Source: an uncultured Enterobacteriaceae bacterium
GTDB taxonomy: Bacteria > Desulfobacterota > Binatia > UBA12015
Direction of reading: 5' to 3'
NCBI GenBank assembly: GCA_964529315.1
Contig: CAZGUU010000001.1
Span: 2,902-66,901, forward strand
DNA length: 64,000 nt
The notes under the pieces are model-generated. The model searched no databases, had not been told where the DNA came from, and was given only the letters and a program-made list of their open reading frames with translations. Both the position numbers and the translations under genes were made by a program. Below are positions 54,662 to 64,000 of the stretch, piece after piece. Numbering within the stretch: position 1 is the first letter of the stretch; each line of letters begins with the position of its first letter.

Positions 54662-54967
54662 TCAGCCTCCGCCCAGCCGGCTCAAGAGCCGCTCGAACGC
54701 CGCGCGGCGTTCGGGGTCGCCTAGCGTCGCAAGCGCGTCTGCATCGAACCAGGAGCCGTGGCCTGCGGCACATACCAGGGCGCGCAGCGGCCCTTCCTCG
54801 ACGCGCTCGAGCTTGCTCGAGCATCTCGGGCAGGAAATCGTCTCGGCCTCCTCAGAGGCGCGCAGCTTCTCGAGCAGCTCGCGATCTCGCTTGGCGAAGT
54901 ACTGGTCCTCGCGCGCCTGCTCGAGATCGCGCAGCTTGTCACCCCAGCGATCCTTCTCGGAATCCAC
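54662..54967 (-). CDS. Small zinc-ribbon protein (zf-TFIIB-like CPxC..C..GxWxD) with an N-terminal charged helix
   Basis: CPRCSSKLERVEEGPLRALVCAAGHGSWFDADAL. GTG start, no clear RBS. Sits 19 nt downstream of the small membrane ORF on the same strand. Confidence 0.5.
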   Translation of the reverse strand: MDSEKDRWGDKLRDLEQAREDQYFAKRDRELLEKLRASEEAETISCPRCSSKLERVEEGPLRALVCAAGHGSWFDADALATLGDPERRAAFERLLSRLGGG

Positions 54968-54986
54968 GGTGCTCGCCGCGCGCTTC

Positions 54987-55193
54987 TCAGGCGGTGCGCT
55001 CGACGGGCGTTCGGGGCGGGTAGAGCCGCGCGGCGGCCCAGGGGTGCGCCGCCAGCAGGGGCAGCCCCGCTACCGTGACGGCCAGCCCGATCGCGCTCCA
55101 CAGGAGCACACCGTTCACCATGCCGATGAGCAGCATGGCGAGCCCCCAGGTCGAAACCACGGCCGAAGCGATGAAACGGACGGTCCACAGCAT
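54987..55193 (-). CDS. Small membrane protein (68 aa, two predicted transmembrane segments)
   Basis: MLWTVRFIASAVVSTWGLAMLLIGMVNGVLLWSAIGLAVTVAGLPLLAA. RBS-like AGGCAGGA 9 nt upstream. Confidence 0.45.
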   Translation of the reverse strand: MLWTVRFIASAVVSTWGLAMLLIGMVNGVLLWSAIGLAVTVAGLPLLAAHPWAAARLYPPRTPVERTA

Positions 55194-55400
55194 GGCTGGA
55201 CATCCTGCCTATCACGCTGGACGGATCGCTTCCACCCGAAGTCCGCCGTTGCTGATCCCCGTTTGGGAAACCTCGATAGCCCGGGCCGCGATCGCGCCGG
55301 TCAAGGGGGCTGCTCTTGTCCGGCGATCGATCGTGCTTAGTCTTGCCGCATTCGCCGTTGCCCTGTGCCGAGCGATCAGGGCGGGAAGAGGACCTCTCGC

Positions 55401-58025
<2,625 letters not shown>

Positions 58026-58130
58026 GAGCCGGAGCGGCCATTCCCAGGCCCCTCGCCGAGGGCTGCGCTCGAAGAGGCCGTTGACACGCACCGAGCGTCC
58101 GGACTACTCCGCTCGTGGAGTCGCTCGGCG

Positions 58131-58706
58131 ATGGACGCCAGAACCAAGATCCTAGAGACGGCGACCAGGCTGTTCGCCACGCAGGGCTACGACAGCACGT
58201 CGCTCTCCCAAGTTGCCAAGGATGCGAGCGTCAGCAAGGCGCTGATCTTCTGGCATTTCGCGACCAAGGAGAATCTCTTCCAGGAGGTCGTCTCCCGGAC
58301 GATCGAGCCTTACTCGATCCACCTCGAGCTCGACGGCTTGAGCGAGCCCGAGCAGCTGCGCAAGCTGATCGACCTCTACTACGAGTTCGTCACCCGGAAC
58401 CTCTACTCGGTGCGCTTCTTCCTCGGCGTGTTCCTGCGCGACGAGGCTCGCCCGGACGACCTCTTCGGGCGCATCCTCGAGCTCCACGAGCTCTACCGTG
58501 GCAAGCTCGCAGAGATCGTCGAGCGTGGCCAGCAACATGGCACCCTCTGCCAGCAAGTCGATCCCGTGGCCCGAGCAGCACTGATCCTGAGCGCGCTCAA
58601 CGGCATCCTGGTGCAGGGCTTCGTCTGGCCCGTGCCCGACCCCCGGCCCGACGCCATGCTCGCGGAGCTCAAGACGGCGCTGGTTGACACGCTCCTAGTG
58701 CAGTGA
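58131..58706 (+). CDS. TetR/AcrR-family transcriptional regulator
   Basis: HTH GYDSTSLSQVAKDASVSKALIFWHF. TTGACA at 58081. Confidence 0.85.
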   Translation: MDARTKILETATRLFATQGYDSTSLSQVAKDASVSKALIFWHFATKENLFQEVVSRTIEPYSIHLELDGLSEPEQLRKLIDLYYEFVTRNLYSVRFFLGVFLRDEARPDDLFGRILELHELYRGKLAEIVERGQQHGTLCQQVDPVARAALILSALNGILVQGFVWPVPDPRPDAMLAELKTALVDTLLVQ

Positions 58707-58872
58707 GAGAGTCCGCCATCTCTTGGCTTTGCGGTGCCGTGAGCACTCGCCGGGCGGGAGCGGTTGACGGACGGTGTGCCCGTGGCCGGCGGAGCCGCGG
58801 ACGCGGGCGAGGGGAAAGCACGTCGGTAGCGGCGTGCGTTCCATACCGAGGGCTTCCTTCTCTCGAGCACCG

Positions 58873-59433
58873 ATGACACGAGTTGCGGCCGAGGCCAAGG
58901 GTCAGAAGACGAGCGACTCGCTGCGCGACTGGATCCGCTCGATGGCGGACAAGGCAGCGCAGAAGGTGGAGTCCCAGCCCAAGCTGCCGCGTCGCGGCAA
59001 CCGGGAGAAGGAGCTGTTCGCCTTGCGCGCGCAGCACGTCAAGGGCCTCTTCCAGCGGATGGAGTCGCTCTCGCAAGCGGTGAACAAGGAGGCGGGAAGC
59101 ACGATGATCACCGCACAGCGCACGCTGAGTGCCAAGAACCTCGGTGGGATCGAGGTTCCCGACGGGGCACGCCTGGTGCTCAAGTTCCTCGACCGGCGTG
59201 TGGAGCTGGTCGTGAACCCGCTGCAGAACGTGGGTGGACGGCCCGCACCGATCGGCGGGCTCGCCGCGGCCTCGGTCATCCAGTACGACGCCAGCGACCC
59301 GACCGGCGCCGACTGGTTCGACGTGACGCTGCGCGAGGACGGCTGGCACCGCAAGACGGGGGACAGCGAGGTGGGTCAGGCAGCCCTGGGAGACAAGGAC
59401 CTGCGCAAGCTGATCGACTGGCTGGTCTCCTGA
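58873..59433 (+). CDS. Hypothetical protein (186 aa)
   Basis: Trimmed to MTRVAAEAKGQKT. GC3-rich. No signal peptide. Family not recognised. Confidence 0.45.
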   Translation: MTRVAAEAKGQKTSDSLRDWIRSMADKAAQKVESQPKLPRRGNREKELFALRAQHVKGLFQRMESLSQAVNKEAGSTMITAQRTLSAKNLGGIEVPDGARLVLKFLDRRVELVVNPLQNVGGRPAPIGGLAAASVIQYDASDPTGADWFDVTLREDGWHRKTGDSEVGQAALGDKDLRKLIDWLVS

Positions 59434-59440
59434 TGGCCCC

Positions 59441-60208
59441 TCAGCGTGGCTCCTCCTCCCGTTTCCGCTCGGCCCGCTCGACGGCCGGTCCCAGCCCGGT
59501 GATGCCGCGAGTTCGCCAATCCAGCCAGAACGACGCCAGCGTGTAGTAGAGCGGGTAGAGCAGAGAGACCACTGCGAGGGTCTCTGGCCGCTCGGGCAGA
59601 CGCGCCAGGATCGCGGCCACGAGCACGGCCCACAGCAGGCCCAGCCCGACCGACGAGCGTCGCAGCCACGGCGTGCGCGACGGGTAGATGAAGCGCAGTG
59701 GAGCGAAGACTAGGACCGCCAGCACGGCGGTGATGGTCGCGCAGACCCAAGGCTGCGGGCGAAGGACGTAGAGGTAGAGCGCCAGCACGTTCCAGTACGA
59801 CGGAAACCCGGTGAAGAAGTGCTCCGGGGTCTTCGCGTCGGCGTGGCAGAAGCGGTAGGCGGAGGCCAGCGTCGCGCCGGCCGCGGCGGCGGCGCCGGGC
59901 CATCCGTCGAGCAGCCCCACCTGGAGCATCAGGAACAGGGGCACGACGACGAACGTCAAGTAGTCGACGATGTCGTCGAGCTTGGCGCCGTCGAAATGAG
60001 GGATGTAGCGCTTGACGCCGGCCACGCGGGCGAGCGTGCCATCCGTCGCGTCGACCACCACGGCGAGGTACAGGCAGGCGAACGCGGCCGGGATCTGCTG
60101 CCGCACGGTCGCGGCGAGAGCCGCGAGCGCGAGCACCGCGCCGCTGGCGGTGTAGAAGTGCACCGCCCAGCAGGCGGCCAGGCGAAGCCGAGAGGGCGTC
60201 GATGGCAT
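59441..60208 (-). CDS. CDP-alcohol phosphatidyltransferase family protein (phosphatidylcholine/phosphatidylglycerophosphate synthase-like)
   Basis: DATDGTLARVAGVKRYIPHFDGAKLDDIVD matches D-x2-DG-x2-AR..G-x3-D-x3-D. Multiple transmembrane helices. Confidence 0.75.
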   Translation of the reverse strand: MPSTPSRLRLAACWAVHFYTASGAVLALAALAATVRQQIPAAFACLYLAVVVDATDGTLARVAGVKRYIPHFDGAKLDDIVDYLTFVVVPLFLMLQVGLLDGWPGAAAAAGATLASAYRFCHADAKTPEHFFTGFPSYWNVLALYLYVLRPQPWVCATITAVLAVLVFAPLRFIYPSRTPWLRRSSVGLGLLWAVLVAAILARLPERPETLAVVSLLYPLYYTLASFWLDWRTRGITGLGPAVERAERKREEEPR

Positions 60209-60324
60209 CGCGCTAGAGGTCGGGGACCGGGGTCGGGCGCATCGCTGCCACCCCTATCCCCGGCGGCCGAGGCCGGCAAGGGTACGCCACGCCGTCGATC
60301 ACGCCCCGCCGGGGGCCGCGGATC

Positions 60325-61158
60325 TCACCCGAGCCGCTCGCTCGCCCGCAGCAGGCAATCGCGCAGCGTGCTGGCGATGCGAGCGCCGATCACGCCGTCG
60401 ATGAACCGGTGGTCGAAGGTGCACCCGAGGGTGAGGATCGGCCGGATCTCGACGCGATCGTCGATCGCCACTGGGCGTTGCTGGACGTTGTTGACCAGGA
60501 CGACGATCGGCACGTGGCTGAACGGCACGATCGGCGCGAGCGCGACGCCCAGGCCCGCGTCGATCGCCCCGATGCTGGTCACCATGGCGCTGCCGAACTG
60601 GTCGTGGGCCACCCCGAGCGCACTCAGGTCGAGCCCGAGGCCGTAGGTGAGAAAGCCGACCAGGCGCATCGCGGGCGACAGAAGGAAGTCGGGGATCGTC
60701 GCCAGCGAGGCCTTGCTGCGCTCCACCTCCTGGTCCTGTCGAGCTCGAACACGCTCCGCCCGGGCCTCGATCTGTCTTGCGATGTCGCGCAGTGGCAGCT
60801 GGTCCGCGGCTCGGATCTTGATGCCCGAGAGGTCGCGGCCGTCCTCGCTGGCCACCTGGAGGAAGATGTCGACCTGGTCTCGTTGGTAGACGCGTCGTCC
60901 GATGATCAGGCCGTTGCCGTCGGGGTTGGCGGCGAGGCCCAGGGCGAGGGCCTTGGCGACCAGGTGGGTGACGGTGACATGGACGCCTTCCTCGTCTCGA
61001 AGTCGCTCGATCAAGGAGAGCCCATCGGAGAGATCCACCTCGATGACGCCGTACACGGTCGGGTTGTCGGGGGCCCGCCAGGTGGCCAGGGCCAGGCGGC
61101 GCCAGCTCGTCGGGCTGGCCACGCGCCGGTACGGAGGTTTGCGTCCACGCATCGACAT
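60325..61158 (-). CDS. 2-oxoacid dehydrogenase E2-type acyltransferase catalytic domain only, with no lipoyl or subunit-binding domains
   Basis: Catalytic motif TLGCTFDHRFIDGVIGARIASTL (DHRxxDG). Trimmed to MSMRGRKPPY. The upstream 55 aa of the ORF are low-complexity. Upstream of and co-oriented with the CDP-alcohol phosphatidyltransferase gene. Confidence 0.75.
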   Translation of the reverse strand: MSMRGRKPPYRRVASPTSWRRLALATWRAPDNPTVYGVIEVDLSDGLSLIERLRDEEGVHVTVTHLVAKALALGLAANPDGNGLIIGRRVYQRDQVDIFLQVASEDGRDLSGIKIRAADQLPLRDIARQIEARAERVRARQDQEVERSKASLATIPDFLLSPAMRLVGFLTYGLGLDLSALGVAHDQFGSAMVTSIGAIDAGLGVALAPIVPFSHVPIVVLVNNVQQRPVAIDDRVEIRPILTLGCTFDHRFIDGVIGARIASTLRDCLLRASERLG

Positions 61159-61419
61159 CACGCGCACGATCGATTGGATCGGCCGGCCGGTCAAGTGCGA
61201 GGGCAGCTCCTTGGGCTGGCGCGCTCCGACGGGTGTCGATCCCACAATGGAGCGGGCTGTTCGGAAGCGGAGGTGCACGGCGCGAGCGGGTACACGGGGT
61301 CTGGCAGGCGCAGCTTGGCGCAACGCGTCAGGCGGGTGTGCCGTACCCCGTGCGTCCCGGCGGTTGGCCTCAAGAAGCGAGTCCTGCTATCCGATGGACG
61401 TCGTGGGAAGGGGGCTGAC

Positions 61420-61746
61420 ATGAGGCTGCGTCGTCTTGCCATGGGTTTGTTGGTCGGGGCACTGGCCGTGTCGCCTGCGCTCGCAGAGGAGTACGAGCCC
61501 ACGCATCGCACGGTGGGATCCTACAGCGACGGGGAAGCGAATCCCTTGCGCATCGTCGCGTACGCGATCGCGCCGGTGGGATTCCTCGCCGAGTGGCTCG
61601 TCACGCGACCGCTCTTCCGCCTGGTTTCGCAGGACGAGACCGCGCCGATCTTCAGCTACACGCCGCAGGCCGGCTTCGACTACGAGACCTATCAGGAAGG
61701 CCTGAGCACCGGTGTGACCTTCGAGGATCCGCACGCCATCGAGTGA
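61420..61746 (+). CDS. Small secreted hypothetical protein (108 aa)
   Basis: RBS GGGAAGGGGG. Signal peptide MRLRRLAMGLLVGALAVSPALA. This is the only credible part of the long antisense track ORF 60409..61746. Confidence 0.55.
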   Translation: MRLRRLAMGLLVGALAVSPALAEEYEPTHRTVGSYSDGEANPLRIVAYAIAPVGFLAEWLVTRPLFRLVSQDETAPIFSYTPQAGFDYETYQEGLSTGVTFEDPHAIE

Positions 61747-61818
61747 GTCCCCGACGCGGCTGCGATTGCGCTCGGTCGGGGCCGCGACGCGGATCGCCGC
61801 GGCAGCCGACGGCGCGGC

Positions 61819-64000
<2,182 letters not shown>

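Noticed and set aside
60409-61746. 445-aa ORF on the plus strand
   Set aside because: It is antisense to the E2-catalytic-domain gene and low-complexity for most of its length. Only the last 109 codons (61420..61746), which have their own RBS and signal peptide, look like a real gene.

Overview
The window reads as a core, origin-proximal chromosome segment of a high-GC (about 70%) bacterium. Gene content and order suggest a Myxococcota-like deltaproteobacterium, which is an inference. I see no mobile elements, CRISPR arrays, rRNA or tRNA genes.

Minus strand: dnaA, dnaN, gyrB and gyrA (47002 down to 39087). DnaA-box clusters lie both between dnaA and dnaN and upstream of dnaA.

Plus strand: rpmH-rnpA-yidD-yidC-mnmE-mnmG-rsmG-parA-parB, then a bactofilin, then atpF'-atpF-atpH-atpA-atpG-atpD-atpC (9886..25816). 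The other half of the F1Fo ATP synthase, atpZ-atpI-atpB-atpE (48687..50518), sits separately on the far side of dnaA, after hemL, and is followed by an orphan ParB paralogue.

Other genes: glmS, ribBA, a DsbD-like protein, a GNAT acetyltransferase, gpsA, a TetR/acyl-CoA dehydrogenase module, a crotonase/CoA-transferase/GloB operon, a Dus tRNA-dihydrouridine synthase, clpB plus a separate D2-only Clp-like AAA+ ATPase, a UvrD-family helicase (partial), and several small unknown genes.

Most interesting: two parS-like 16-mers sitting exactly on the mnmG start codon and the rsmG stop codon; candidate oriC elements; the split ATP synthase with the ParB paralogue; and a handful of small unknown genes, one of which looks like a degenerate Hint fold. 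I did not find a large, obviously novel system. Coordinates I derived myself may be off by 1-2 nt.
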